From assembly GCA_964016885.1 (NCBI GenBank), contig OZ024743.1, forward strand, positions 98,456,001 through 98,520,000: a stretch of DNA of 64,000 nt, read 5' to 3'. Each line of letters opens with the position of its first letter. Position 1 is the first letter of the stretch. The position numbers and the translations under genes were made by a program. Of this stretch, positions 36,043 through 51,000 are shown piece by piece. The notes beneath the pieces are model-generated. The model saw only the letters and a program-made list of their open reading frames with translations. It searched no databases and was not told the origin of the DNA. The stretch is from Eledone cirrhosa (taxonomy: Eukaryota).

Positions 36043-39000
36043 CTAAAAAAAATTATAGAATTAAATGTAATTGTTAGGAGCATTGTAAAGTATTAATATT
36101 TCAAGATTTATCATAGTTATTACATTTACAAAAAAGCAACTATTTTATAAAATATATGCAAGCTATCGAAGTACTGGCTGCTTTATTGTCAAACTTATAG
36201 AGGTAGTAATATTTGACATCTGGGGACTTCAAACATTTCACTCTATATATATATATTTCAAATGTGTTTGAGTATGAAACCATACAGCAACCATTATAAT
36301 GTTGTGTAATATCATTATTTGATCAATGTATCGCTCTTCTACTGATGTAGAACTCTCTCACCTCTTGTTGATTATTACACACACACACAAAGACATACAC
36401 CTGTACTGCATGGAACTGCCTTGGCAAGACATTCTTGAAAAATACAAAACAGCACTATGTCTGCATCATATTAGATGCTAAAGTCAATACTATAATACTG
36501 AAAATGTTCACAACAATCTGTCCACTAGAAAAGATACTATAAATATTTGAATTAATATTTTCAGCTAAATCATTGATGTTAAGAGTTTAATAATATTTTA
36601 TGAAACTAAAAACATATCTGCTGCCCCCACCAAGTTACAACAGCCCTTACACTGACCTTCTGAGCTTCTGATCTTGACATATCACCTCGGCAAAGTAGAA
36701 GATTGATTAGTTGATCTCGGCGCATGTCTGGGTATTTATTTACTAAACCCTGCAAGAAAGACAATTAAAAAAAAATTAGAGAGATTTTCTTCACGATTCC
36801 TTCCTCTGGAAAAAATGTGATTTTCCCAAATTCTTTACTATTAAAGAAGTAAATGATAGACGGGAAAAAAACAACAGAAAGTAAATATTTGAAAGAAAAA
36901 GGAAGACTGTAAACAAGGACAAAAGAACAAGAAGAACAAACATAAAAGTAGAAATCGTTCTGAAACAAATACTCACAGTAATTTCTAATGACATCATGGA
37001 TGTATCTCGCAAACGAATGACTTCAGCTAAATTGTTCAACACTATAAAACAGTCCTGTAATGAAAAGAAAACAGTGAGTTTCTTTGATCTTTTTGTTAGA
37101 GAAAATAAAACAAACAAATCGCTCTCTCGCACGCTAAAAGAATTGGTCAACAATTAACTTTCATACCCCTTGATTGATTGACAAGATAATTGTGTGATAA
37201 ATGAGTTTGATACATAACATATACTTCTAGAAAATTATGAAGCACAAATAGACTATGTATGTTTTAAATAACCAATATAACTTTCCTATGAGGCAACTGT
37301 TATAATCTTAACACCCAATCCCAAATCAAACGACAAACAAGTATAACAAAAACATTACATTAATATTTAGAAGAATGTTCTGGTTTCCCTGAATGAATCA
37401 GCATGCCTACAAAATATTGCTTGCATTTGTGAACAATAGTGTCATTGATTATGGGGTTCCAAAGGTCCACTACTTTCTAAAGGTGTAAGTAACAAGAGAG
37501 GTATTAGCACATGGCCTTCAAAAGCCTATTCCCATTAACTGAAATAGATCTGATGATAGTTTCTGGAAGTCTGTTCCATATTCTGAGAGTCAAGTACAGA
37601 CATTAATAGACAAGTGCAAACATTGTACAAATCATTCTAAAACAGTATCTTTCATAATGCAGTAGTAACATTACTCTATATTCTGATGATGGGATGTGGC
37701 CAGTGTATATTTTGTAGAGCTCTAACTCTTATGATGTAAACCATTGATAGTGTATTTTACAGCATAATTTTTAAAAAGTGATATTAATTCATCATCATTT
37801 TACATCCGCTTTTTCCCTGCTTGCAAAGGTGGGACGGGAACTGATTCTAGCTTGATTTCTACAGCTGGATGCCCTTCCTAACACCAACCTCATTTACAGT
37901 GAGTGCTGGGTGCTTTTTTGCCATGGCATCTCCACGACCACTTTGCAGTGGAATGATAGGGACCCCAGTCCCTATCATCTCATTTCTACAGCTGAGTAAA
38001 CTGGAGCAATGTGAAATAAAGTGTCTTGCTCAAGGAAACAACACATCACCCGGTCTGAGAATTGAACTCACAACCTTTCGATTGCAAGGCCAATGTAAAT
38101 AATAATTTAGACATTTCAATAACAACAATAATTCAAAGGAAAAGAACATTTTTTACCTTCTTTGGAGTTGTGTAAAGGCTATTGAAAAATTCTTCAAGCT
38201 GTTCTGCTTCATTACATATCTTTTCAGCAACAGCTTTCCTGTCTTCATAATTACGAAAAGAAAGCCTCCTGTAAATATATATAAAGTAGAACTTGTGATA
38301 AGAGAAGGCAAAGCTGACACAATGAATTGTTTATTTTGGTGATAGAGAGAGAATATGCTTTCCTCAATCCACTGCTTGACTCCCTGCTGGTTATCCACAT
38401 GGTATGCAAAGATGCAAGACAACAGGACCAACAAAAAGCTGTAGAGAGCTTCTGAGCCTGCCTAACACACATCCTTATGCTTAAATACACACATTTATAT
38501 ATTTAAATATGTCTTATTTACACATTTCTCTGTAGACAGAAAAAGATGAAGGGCTTAACTCAAGTTTCAGTCCTTGCTGGGCCCATTATCTGAAGCCATC
38601 CATATCTCTCACAATACATAGAGATATGCATAACTAAAGGGTTAATAAGCCTATCAAATGTAACAGTAAAAGAGAACTGGTTTTACTATTGCTTATGGTA
38701 GTAGCCAATTCAATTATGTATTAAATTGTACACTAACCAGCTTATGTACACACAGACACACTTGCAATCACTGAAAAGTTCAGAATGAATAAAAAAAAAT
38801 GTAAGACAAAATCATTTAATTATAAATTTCCAATCTATTTTGTATTTTCCTTACTTTACTTAGCATGTTGTACCCTATAAAACTGCATTAGCAAGACATT
38901 ATTGTAGACAACAGCATTATGACTACATCAAATTAAAAATGAAAGTCCTAATTTACTACAAATTTTCACAATTTGTTTGCTAATAAAAATACTATAAACA

Positions 39001-42000
39001 TTTGAATTAACAAGGCTAGTAAATCATTACAGGATGTTTAGAGTTAAACTAGGATAAAAATAATGAAATTATACTTACTTTAAAAGTATGGCCTTCAAGT
39101 ATTGGTGTAGGACCTTCTTTTCAGCCTTTATGAGGATTTTATCATAAGCTTTTGGTCTAAGATGTTTGAAATCATCGTTATAATCTGCTAAAGTAGCACA
39201 AATGGTCTTCACTGCATCACTACTAGTCATCCTAAAGAAAAAGAATTATTAGAAATTCTGTTGGTTAACCCTTTAGCATTTATATTACTATTTATATTTT
39301 TATGGTAAAGGCTTTATCTAACATAATATGGAATCTACAAGATTTTGATGATATTATAATTTATTTTGAGATCAATACCTTAATGATGGCATGAGTGGCT
39401 GGTTACGGCCAGTTTGAACTGGATATGGCCGGTTTAAATGCTAAAGGGTTCAATGTCAAATGGGATAAATGCAAGAAAAGCAATTCTAACTTACCATTGT
39501 TTGGTCATGAGTTGTTCTAAGTGTCCACTGGTATGTAAATCCAACAACACTACATCTAATAAGACATCTAGCCTGAAAACATATATATATATATATATAT
39601 AAACAAACTATTCATTGAAAACACACTATCATTAATTTGGTGTTCATGTCTACCCTTACTAATGGTCATAAACCTTAGGTAGTTACCAAAAGAATATGGT
39701 CACAAATATAAGCACTCGAAATGGGGGTTCCTCCTAAGACCCTTTGGAGTAGCGTTACTCAACAGGGTGTTATAGCTTGGAGATCAGAGAGTTGGTCCAT
39801 GTAGAAAAATAACAGCTCCAATACTAACCTTCACTCAAAAGACGTGGTTAGAATGTCTAAGGAAAAACTCACTGGACAGATTTTAGGGGCAAAGCTAACT
39901 GACAGGATAGCTAAATGTAGACCAAGAGCAAGATGGTTAAATAACATCCATGAGTTCAGTTGGTCTTGCTTGGGGATCAAGCCACATCAATTGGAGTCAG
40001 TTGCTTTTGATAAGACTCTGGAAGATGTGACTGAGGACTTTGCCTCTATGAACCTCCCAAGTGGCTAAAGAAGGAGATTCAGTGAAAATATATTTCAATA
40101 AAATTTAAGGTATTCAAAGCAACTGAATATTCTTTACAATGAACCTAATGATAACCAAAATCCCCAATTCTTTAATTACACAGAATACAGCCATTTTGAA
40201 CCACTTCTCAACACAAATAAAATGCACATCTTTATTTCCTTTCCCTGAGTGGGATATAAACTTAGAACATAGAAGGATATAACCAAAGTGCACATCATAT
40301 ATTTTCCAACACTCTACTGATTCTACCATTCATCATTATTATCACTATTTAATGTCTATTTTCTATGCTTGCATGGGTTAAACTGGTCAGGTGACTGTGT
40401 CTTGCTCATACATCCAGTTTTTGGCTTGGTTTCTACAGCTGGATGACTTCCATTATAGCATTTATTGGGAGCAAATGTTAATAAATACAATGAAAATTTA
40501 ACATTTTACAGTACAATTTTAAATAAATACAAAAAGAAATACCCAAATTCTCCAACATCAGTAAATTTATCGGCAAGTTGAAGGAAATTATCTTTGCGAA
40601 TCATATTGAGGTCATCTTCGTCTTCTGTACGTATATTTTCTTGACCCTCTAGCTCCAAGAAACGCTTACGAAGTTGTCTGACATAACCAGCAAATGCCAA
40701 ACAGTTGTTGACATGGGCAATCTGGTGAGAAACAGAAAATTTAAACACAACTGAATTTTTTACTTTGACAAAATTATATAAAATAACTAATTCAAAATGT
40801 TTGTGTTGGACTACTGACAACAGAGCCAGCAGATGAAATCTCACAACTATCATTTTGTTTCTAGGTAGTGTTTTATTCTACATGTCTTAGTTCACTCAGC
40901 TGTTGGGAATAAGTACAAGATCATCTGGGAATATTACCTGCACTTGACTGGCATTCAGGACATTCAAGATGTCTCTCTCATCCCCTTCAAAATATAAACC
41001 CAAAACTATGTATCAGCTCTCAAAAGCTCCTAAGGGTTTAAGAGACATTTAAATAAAAGATTCAGGGTAGTAATTACAAATAAAGACTGGCTTAAACTGC
41101 AACAGCCTGTCCAACCCATGCCAGTTGAAAAGCAGATATAAAATGATGATGAGGAGAACACTATCCTATTGGTTGGTGGCTCACAAGTCAAACTTGTTAT
41201 CGTTGGTATAATTATAAACTGAAGTTAGAATGTTGCGCTTACAATTGTGAGGTTGTGAGTTTGATTCCTTGACTGTGAGGTACATTGTGTCCTTCATGAA
41301 GACACTTTATTTCACATTTCTCCAGTTCACTCAGCTGGAAAAAAAATGAGTTGTGAAGTCCCTGGTGCCAAGCTGTACCAGCTTTTTCCTTTCACTTGGA
41401 CAACATCAGTGTCATGGACAGGGGGAAACTAGTGTACATGGGCAACTGCTGGAATTCCACAAAAACACCTTGTCTGGGCTTGTGCCTCAGAGATGAACTT
41501 TGTAGGTGCAAACTCAAGGGGTCTCTAGAGCAATTTTTAAGGGCTAGTGCTTAGCTTCTGTTTTACAGCATTAAGCAAATGAAAGCTAAATCTTCCCTTG
41601 GATGTCAGACTATAGCTGATAATATTCCTACATGATATGATACCTATTTCTATCAGTTAAATGAAAAGGGACAACATTTAACTAGCTGGACAACAGTTGA
41701 GTAAAGTGTGAGGACTTTCAACATGTGATCTACAGCAACACCTACATTAGATTTCAATACATAACCTGCTGGCAGAGAGACACTATCACTAGCTCATCCA
41801 ACTTCTATTGTGTGTAAAGGTAGAACCTTCTACTTCAAGTAATAGGAATACTTGACAAACTGGTAGTGTTGAGCTGAAATCCTCTCAGTTGTTAAGATTA
41901 GAGAAAATTGGACTCGGTCAAACAGATTTTCTTTAGACATCCTGCATAATGATTGCTAATAACTTATAAAAGTCGATTACATCAACCTCAATATATGACT

Positions 42001-45000
42001 GGTATTTTATTTTATCAACCCTAGAAGGATTAAAGGCAAAGATGATCTCAGTGGGATTTAAATTCAGAAAGTAAAGAGTCATAACTAAATGCTGCAAAGT
42101 ATTGTCCATTGTCCAATGCTCTGACCTATCTGCCAAAGTATTGTCCATTGTCCAATGCTCTGACCAATCTGCCAATCCACCATGCCAGATATTCTATATA
42201 ATTGTTTCTACTTTTTGGCACAAGGCCAGCAATTACCCAGTGCATTACTGGTACTTTATTTTATCGACCCCGTAAGGATGAAAGGCAAAGTTAACCTCAG
42301 TGGGATTTGAACTCAGAATGACAAGGGCCGTAACTCTATGCGTCAAAGCATGGCGCCCGACCCTCTACCGATACTGCCAATCCACCTATATAATGACAAC
42401 ATTGTCAGTGAATCATATAACAATGGGAATTGTGTAAATACCAAGGTAGACAGCTGAAAACATTGGTATAAGCAAGTTCCATCTGAAGCTCAGCCCATCT
42501 TGGATGAATGTCAACACAAGTACAAGTAGTAAGCATATAGTTAATGTTGGATAATAAATTAAATTTATGAACTTTTTACTTGTGTAGTGGAAGAAATACA
42601 AGCAATAAGAATCAGATAGTTACCATATACTGAGGAAAATATATAGATTCATTGCGATTACCAATGTGTCTTTCTTTGTAGACTTTCATCTCAACTGGAA
42701 AAAGGAAAAAACAATCACAAATAACTATTCATACAAATTAAAATATCATTATTATTTATTCTTTTATTTCAGGTTTTATTAGAACTCTTGAATGTTTGCA
42801 TGAGTAACGGGCTTGCGACCTACAGCACCATGCTATTTATTCTCTTCAACTATCTAGTACTTTTCTGATAATTCTGGCCATGACAAGGAGGCAAATTTTC
42901 TGCAATAGCTTTATTGAACATTCTATTCCCATTTTCTTTGTTCCTCTCAATATATTTTGATTCTGTCCCCAAGACCCCAACAACAATCAACACTATCTTC
43001 ACCTTTTTATTTTCTACAGTCGAGCTATCTTTAATTTAAGAGGATTGTACAATACAATTTGGTATTCGTGCCAACCCTTACCTATGGTCATGAATCTTGG
43101 GTAATGACCAAAAGAATATAAACGTGAATACAAGTGGCTGAAATGGGGTTCCTCTGGACGTTACTCAACAGAATGCGTAGCTCGTTGATCAAAGAGTCAC
43201 TGAAGGTAAAGCTATTACTTCTCCAAATTGAGAGATCACAGCTCCAATATTACGGGCATGTGGTTAGAATGTCTCAAGATAGAATTGCTGGACAGATTTT
43301 ATGGGCAAAACTAATTGACAGGAGACCCAGGGGTAGACCCTGAGCAAAATAGTTGGATAACATCCATGAGCTTCGCTGGTCTCACTTGGGGATCAAGCCA
43401 GATCAGTTGGAGATGGTTGCTTCTGACAGGACCCAGTGGAAGGAGTGTTTGAACACTGTCCACATGACCCTCTTGGGAAGAAGGAGGTAACAAAAGCTGT
43501 CAACTACGTCTAAGGAGCCTCCCTGGCAACTGAAGGAATCTACTTCCTGTGAGTTCTTATTGCTTACTGCTCCTGTGCATCTGCCAAATACAAAGTCTAT
43601 CTTTTCCATTTACATGAGTACCATGAATAATGTAGATGATATAACAAGGTTTTTGTGACTTAGGTAAATGAGAAAGATGCTTCATATCCACAATATATCT
43701 CTTAACAAAAACAGTCTAAAATAAAGAACAAAACTTTAATCTAAGAAAATAAACTAAGTCTACTTACACTTGTAATCATTTGCAAATCCACTGAGATTTT
43801 CAACAAATAGTATAATGACTTTCTTTGCTAATTCTGCACTTACAGTTTGAGCAACTTGCAACTAAATAAAATAAAATATTAAAAAAAATTTGAAAAAAAG
43901 ATTAATAAAAATGAACAGTTACAAAATTTTTTCTTGACATGACCTATTCCACTTTCAATAAATCATGATTTTTTAGAATATATTTTTGTGAGTATAAATT
44001 AAGTAAACATACTAACTAGATTGACGTCTTACTCCTTAGAAAATGGGATAGATATATGGTTATGAATGCTAAGGTCTTTCTCAGTGAAGAATGTGTCCCC
44101 CACCTCCCTTAACACAAGTTAGTTATTAGTGATGTCAGAATAAGAACTAGACACTATCAGGAAAGATATTCTGGAAGAGAGTGTGAAAGCTAAAACCATC
44201 TCTGTTAAACTTCCTTGTGACTAGTGAATATATTTTAATTCATAACTTAAAAATATTTAATGAAATCTTCCATATCACATTTTTAATCAGTTGATAATTA
44301 AAAAATAATTAACCCCTAACATATTTCTAATGAAAGATACAGTCAATGATTTTAAAATAATTTTGAAAATAATTAAAAATTCAGAAAAATTTAATAATGT
44401 AACTAATTTTCTAATTATCAATTGGGTATTTGAAACATAACAAAACAAAGATTCTAAAATAAAATTATAATTGTTTTTACTTTTTGGCACAAGGTCAACA
44501 ATTATCCCAGTGTATTACTGGTACTTTATTTTATCGAACTCGTAAGGATGAAAGGCAAAGTTAACCTCTGTGGGATTTGAATTCAGACCATAAAGCATAG
44601 CGTCTGACCCTCTACTGATACTGCCAATCCACCAATTCTAACATAGAATTATAATTGTTTCTACTTTTGGCACAAGGCCAGCAATTACCCAGTGCATTAC
44701 TGGTACTTTATTTTATCGACCCCGTAAGGATGAAAGGCAAAGTTAACCTCGGCGGGATTTATGTTTAGATAAATATAAACACTTTAAAATAAACAGTTTT
44801 GTATTGTAGAACCAGATGTAGTTTCAGGCAGTCTGGTATCAAAACAGATAATGAAATCTTCCATAACACCTTTTTTAATCAGGTATAATTAAACAAGGAT
44901 TGATTTAATACTATATAACTGGAATAGCTTACAACTGAAATCAAAGTAATTCTAAATGAAATATGTATTTTTCAATATGAGTTATATTTTTTAATCATAG

Positions 45001-48000
45001 TATATTTTGCAACCACTTGGTTTTGGTTTTAGTCCCACTGCATGGCACCTTGGCCAAGTGTCCTCTACTATAGCCTAGTGTTTACCAATATGAAATTTGG
45101 TAAATAAAAACTAAGTGTAGGCCATCATCTATATATGTGTGTGTTTATGTTGTTTTGTGGTTCGATAAAAACAGATCAATACAAATAAGTACGAAACTTA
45201 AAAAATTAAGTACTGGGATCAATATGATCAATTAAATCCTCTTAAGATGGTGCCCCTACATGGCTGTAGTCTAATGCCTGAAACCAGTAAATGAATAAAA
45301 TCTGAGTTTGACAAATGATTAGATGTATTTGTAAGTTTCATTGAAAATCCAAAAAACAACTTACATTCTGATCAACCATGTCAAAAATGATAAGTGTCAT
45401 TGGTGTATTGTAGTATTGGTCTTTATCTTTCTCAGGTAACTCTTCTCTAAACCAATCCTGGCAGAAAAACAAATGTCAAATTGTGTAGTTTATGATAGGA
45501 AAATAAATACTTGAGATAAACATTTTCTAAACAGATCCTACAAATATCTCCACAAATCACAGGAGGTCATAAAGCCACAGTTTAGTTCTGAATATACTGT
45601 ATTTCCTTCATCCAATGGACAAAAGGTCTATTACAGATTTCCAGAATATTTGGTACCTATTTACAACAACCACAACAAGCATCTTATGGCCATTTTCCCT
45701 GCTAAAGCAGGGATCAACCTTGCAAGCCTTATAATAAACCCTACTATCTGCATCCTCCCATCACCAAACACCTAGCTTTCATTTCCTCCTCTCTCATTTT
45801 TTAGGCAGGTCTTTCTTGGTCTTCCCTTTCCTCTAATTCCTTCCACATTCATTTAGATCACTTTTCTCACCAAGTCACTTTCATCCCTCATCAACCATCT
45901 CATTCTATTTCTCTTCACAACATTCATCACTGATTCTACTCCCATCATCCTCTGCAATTCATTTGTTTGCCTCTTTATTACTCATAATCTAACCTAACTG
46001 AGGCTTGTAGGATTAAGTATTCTACGAAATAGAATAACAAAATACCTGCAGCAAATGTGATCTCATCTTCCACAATATTGTGAGTTAATAATTTACTCAT
46101 TCCTTCATGTCACTTCCAACAGATTTAAAGAAAACTGTCCTTCCTCATAGCGGTGCCATCTAGTACCCAGCTCCAAAACTATGGCTACACTGTGAGATGG
46201 GTTAGGCTCCTCGTATCAGTGCCATCCAGTACCAGGCTCCCAAACTATGGTTCCACTGTGAGATGGGTTGGGCTTCCAAACTTATGGTTCCGCTGTGAGA
46301 TGGGTTTGGTGTGGCCAACTGGCCTGTCCCTCCTCCGGAGCCATCCAGCTCCACACTGTAAATGTGGTTGGTGTTCGGAAGGGCATCCAACTGTAAAATA
46401 CCCGACTAAATTTACAGTCCTCATTGGAGCAAGGTACGACATGGCCAACTCTGTCCAGACTTACCTCCCAGCGTGGACGACACATCTAACCCATGGAAGC
46501 ATAGAAAAATGGATGCTAAAGAATGATGATGATGAATGTAATAATTATTTCAAAGCTGAGCCTACTTGATATTAATAGCATAAGGGGATTTTATCCATGG
46601 ACAATCCAATTCCCTGTTGTGAGATTTCATAACATGACTCAAGACTCCAACATGGCTGCTATGTTATTCAAATTAAACTTGACTTTTATAACTTTTAATT
46701 AGTGCTGGTGCCACAAAAAAATGCACACAGGCTACTCTGTAAAATAGTAGAGTTAGTGGAAAGATCAAATACACCCAACCCATGCTGTAAAGGGAGATTG
46801 CCAGTACCTTGATAAAATGCACACAGCCCACTTTGTAAACAGGTAGTGCAAAATGCACCTAGTACACACAGTAAAGTAGCATTAAGAAGGGCATCCAGCA
46901 GTAGAAACCACGCCAAACTAGGATGTATGAGCAGAGTGTGGTCCTCCAACCTGCTTGGTCTCAGGATATGGCAATACATCTAATCTACGCCAGTGTAGAA
47001 AACAAATGTAAAACACCGATGATGATGATGATGATGAATTTAGTTAATAATATTCAATGAGCCAATAAGGAAGCTTCTACGTGGCCATTTGACATGTTAG
47101 AAATAATAGCCAAACTTCCCTCAAATCACATATTACCATCATCATAGATAAGGACAGGACACATCTGATAATGTAGTCTAACATATACCCTACTGTCACC
47201 ACCACCTCCACCAAAATACAAAAAAACATGATCATCACTGTAGGAATACTTTCAATCATAGGTTTACTTGATCAATCTAACCATGAGGTTCAACAATAAT
47301 CACAAGATATTAAAAAAATGTCAGTTGTTTTACATGGAAAATGTTATAATTTACCTTTTCATCACTCTTCAAGGCATTGTGAGTCCATTCTATAATATCT
47401 TTTCTTTTATTCTTCAAAAATCTGAAAAGAAATACAGAATGTTTGGTTATATATTGCCCAAATTACAACCTTTCCACAATCTCTTGCTTCATTCACAGAT
47501 GTATTGGAGCAAGAGTGTTATGTAAAAAAAAAAAATTATTGTGTACAGTGCTCAGGTGCATTACAACTTATGAAAGGTGCATGTATAGTACATAGAATAA
47601 TGTAGAAATGTCAGGAAAGTGAACAGTGTATGAGTCATGATATACACAGATACATGCATACCTGTGTATGGAGGAGGAATACCAGGTGTAGTGCTGGAAA
47701 ATTTAGGGAAGTCTGGAAGTTTTGAAGGATGAAGTGTCCCGACAGCTAACAACTTGTGTTACAGCTTAATGCTTTTTTTCTGCAGCTAAGCATACCATGG
47801 CTGGAAAGAATTGAAACATGCATACTATGCTGGATGTGTAGGTGTCATGATAAAAAGCACCCAGCCCACACTGTAAATATGATTGGTGTTAGGAAAGGCG
47901 CCCAGCCATAAAAAACAAGCCAAACATCTGACCTGACTTGTCTCACAACAGGACAACTCGTCTAACCCATGCTAACATGGAAAAATGGACGTTAAACAAT

Positions 48001-48008
48001 AATGATAA

Positions 48009-48049
<41 letters not shown>

Positions 48050-51000
48050 AACAACAAATATGTTAACAAAACTTACTCATCCTGCAACATTTCAACGACA
48101 TCGTTTTCCAAGAGTGGACCCAGGTCTTTCGTATCAAAATTTAATTCTGGATTTTTCATAAGTTCTGGGGAACTGAAAGTATTTCATATTAAATGTTTGT
48201 AAATTTATAGTTTTCGTAAGAGAATTCATTAGTAAAAGCATTTCAAATTATATATTTTAATACAAGACTGATAATACAATAAGATAGAAAAATAAAATTT
48301 GGGTGTCTAAAAGCCACATGAAATAAGCTAAAGAGTTGCATGTAGGTCTGGAACTGAAGGATTCCAACCACTGATTTAGATAAATGTGGCTTTTGAAAGT
48401 TAGTTGTGTCAAGGACATGACAACCTCCCTAGTGCTGGCGATCTACACAATAATAGCACCCAGTACATGTAAAGTGGTTAGTGTTAGGAAGGACATCCAG
48501 CTGTAGAAAGCATGCTCCCAGTACACTCTGTAAAGTGGTTAGTGTTAGGAAGGACATCCAGCTGTAGAAAGCTTGCCAAACAAGGAGTTGGGAGGACCCT
48601 TAAGTTTGTGTCAAAAGACATGACAAATTCTCCTGTGCACTCGATAGAACATATGACTGTATATAAAATACAGACCTCTTCGGCCATTTGGGAGGTCAGT
48701 AGCTCCACTTTAGCAGGGAAAATTACCTTGAAATGTTTGTTGTGTGCTTTTGTAAAGAAATAATTGTAATGAAAGAAGATGACTTACTCATAGCTGTTTA
48801 GCCAGGTAAGCAATGTAATAAATTCATTTCCTTCTAGTTGCTGCTGGATAAGGTCTTTCAACTTGAATAAATAAAAATGGAAAATTCAATTAAAAGATTA
48901 AAAAATAACAGTATAATGACATGTTTGAAACATGTCATTATGTAAAGTAGAATAGACATATGACAAAGAGAAGATACCAAGTAAAAATGGTCTTTTGTTG
49001 ATGATACTAAATTCTGGCTCAATTCGTTGATATCAAATTACAAAAATAATATTCAATTCATCAATTAACTTTTTCCTGATGAATTAGGCAACTACATGGT
49101 CATAGGCTGACTATGAAGGAGTGATGCTAGAGCTGTGAAATCTTGCATGCATTAATTTCAACTCTTCTTATTAATAACTGCATTGTTTCTTTCCAGGGAC
49201 TATTTTGAAAAATAAACCTCATTGGGTCATTCCAAGAGAGTATCTTTGTCAGCCAATGAATTTTCAGCCTACCCTCGTAGATTATATTGTTAACTAGCAG
49301 TGGTACCCGGCGTTGCACGGGATAAGGTATTTTGGAACGCGGGCCGGCAACAGACCTAATTGTGGAAAAATTGCATGCCTGGACAATATGTAAAGAAAAT
49401 AAACCGAACACTCTGATGGTTGGATAATCTTTAAGATTTTCCTCGATGAAGCTGGAAAAATGCAGGTTTTCACCTAATGCGGGCCCTAGAGGATCAAGAA
49501 AATGAATTTTTTTTGTGTGCATAATATGCCTTGAAATTTCGAGAAAATCAGCTGGACATAACGCCTCCAAAAAGCCCTAAAAAGCTAAAAAAATGAAGTT
49601 TTTCACATAATGCGGGCTCTAGGCCATAAAAAGTTAAATTTTCTTTGCTCACGGTATGAAGAAGAGACTGACTAATACATAGTTACAATTTCAAGGAAAT
49701 CAGTCTGACGTAACGACTCAAAAAAACCCCTAGAAACCTGAAAAAACGCAGTTTTTCACCTAATGCGGGCCCTAGGAGATCAAAATGTTCAATTTTTTTA
49801 TGTGCTTAACACTCCCTGAAACAAGTAATACACATCTAAAGTTTGAAAAAAGTCGGTTGGGTACTTTTAGGGATTCAAACTCACAGACGCGCACACACAC
49901 ACACATCCCCAGGGAAGTGACGTAATGCAGACAGCTAGGCATACTATAAGGGTGCGACGTTATATGTATGTATCTATCTAAAAAGAGAAAGACTAAGAAT
50001 TATAGAGAGAGATCGCTAAATCACCTAATGCGGTCCCTAGGGCATTGAAAATTTGACATTTTTTTGCTCAGAACACGCCCTGAAACATAAGTATTACATG
50101 TGTAAAGTTTGAAAACAGTCGGTTGGGTGGTTCTTGAGTTTTAGGGATTCAAACTCATACACACATAGACAGACATCCTCAGTTTTATATATACAGATAG
50201 GTAGATGTGATCTGACAAGTGTCAGGTGAGCATGCCATGTAAAAATATATTGCTGGCCAGGTTTATTACATATTTGTCTGAGAGGGTTAGAGTATATGAA
50301 CATTGGCTAGATAATTAATACAGGGTGTTCTCAAAAAATGTATACACAATTCAACAGCATTCTAATAAATATTGCCTGTACAGATAATCAAAGTGTATAT
50401 ATATTTTTGGGGGAGGAGGACACCCTGTAGTCATTTCCTAGTGACTCAAGCACAAAACCAGCTAAGGTCATTATATTGAATAACAATATAGTTTCAATAG
50501 TCCAATAACAGCAAACATTACAACATAAATATTTTGCAATTTATAGGGTTGTTTTTTTCTTTTGAGGGTCCCAAACAAGGTGTGAAACCACTTAGTGTAA
50601 AGGACTATGAAGACGGAGGAATTAAGATGAAAGAAATGAATTTATTTTAGACTTGAAAGAGTTCAGATCATAAGAAGGAGGAAAACAATAAGATAGAAGA
50701 CAATTCCAAAGTCTGGAACTACAAAGATGTCTCAGAAGTTAGGCAAAGGTACAAATTCTGATTGTGAATTATATACACACACAGTGCCGGACTTAGGACA
50801 AACAAGGACCTGTGCTAGTTAAGTTATGGGGCCTCTTACTTGGCGCCTGAAGGAGGTAAAACTTTTCTTTTGGCAGGAAAATGTGAAACCACATGGCTGA
50901 GAAGTGAATTCCTTAACCACATAGACATGAATAATATCTAAAATGTATAGGAAAATAAATTCCTAAAAGGGAACTTACATGAGCTGATAAACATTTATGG

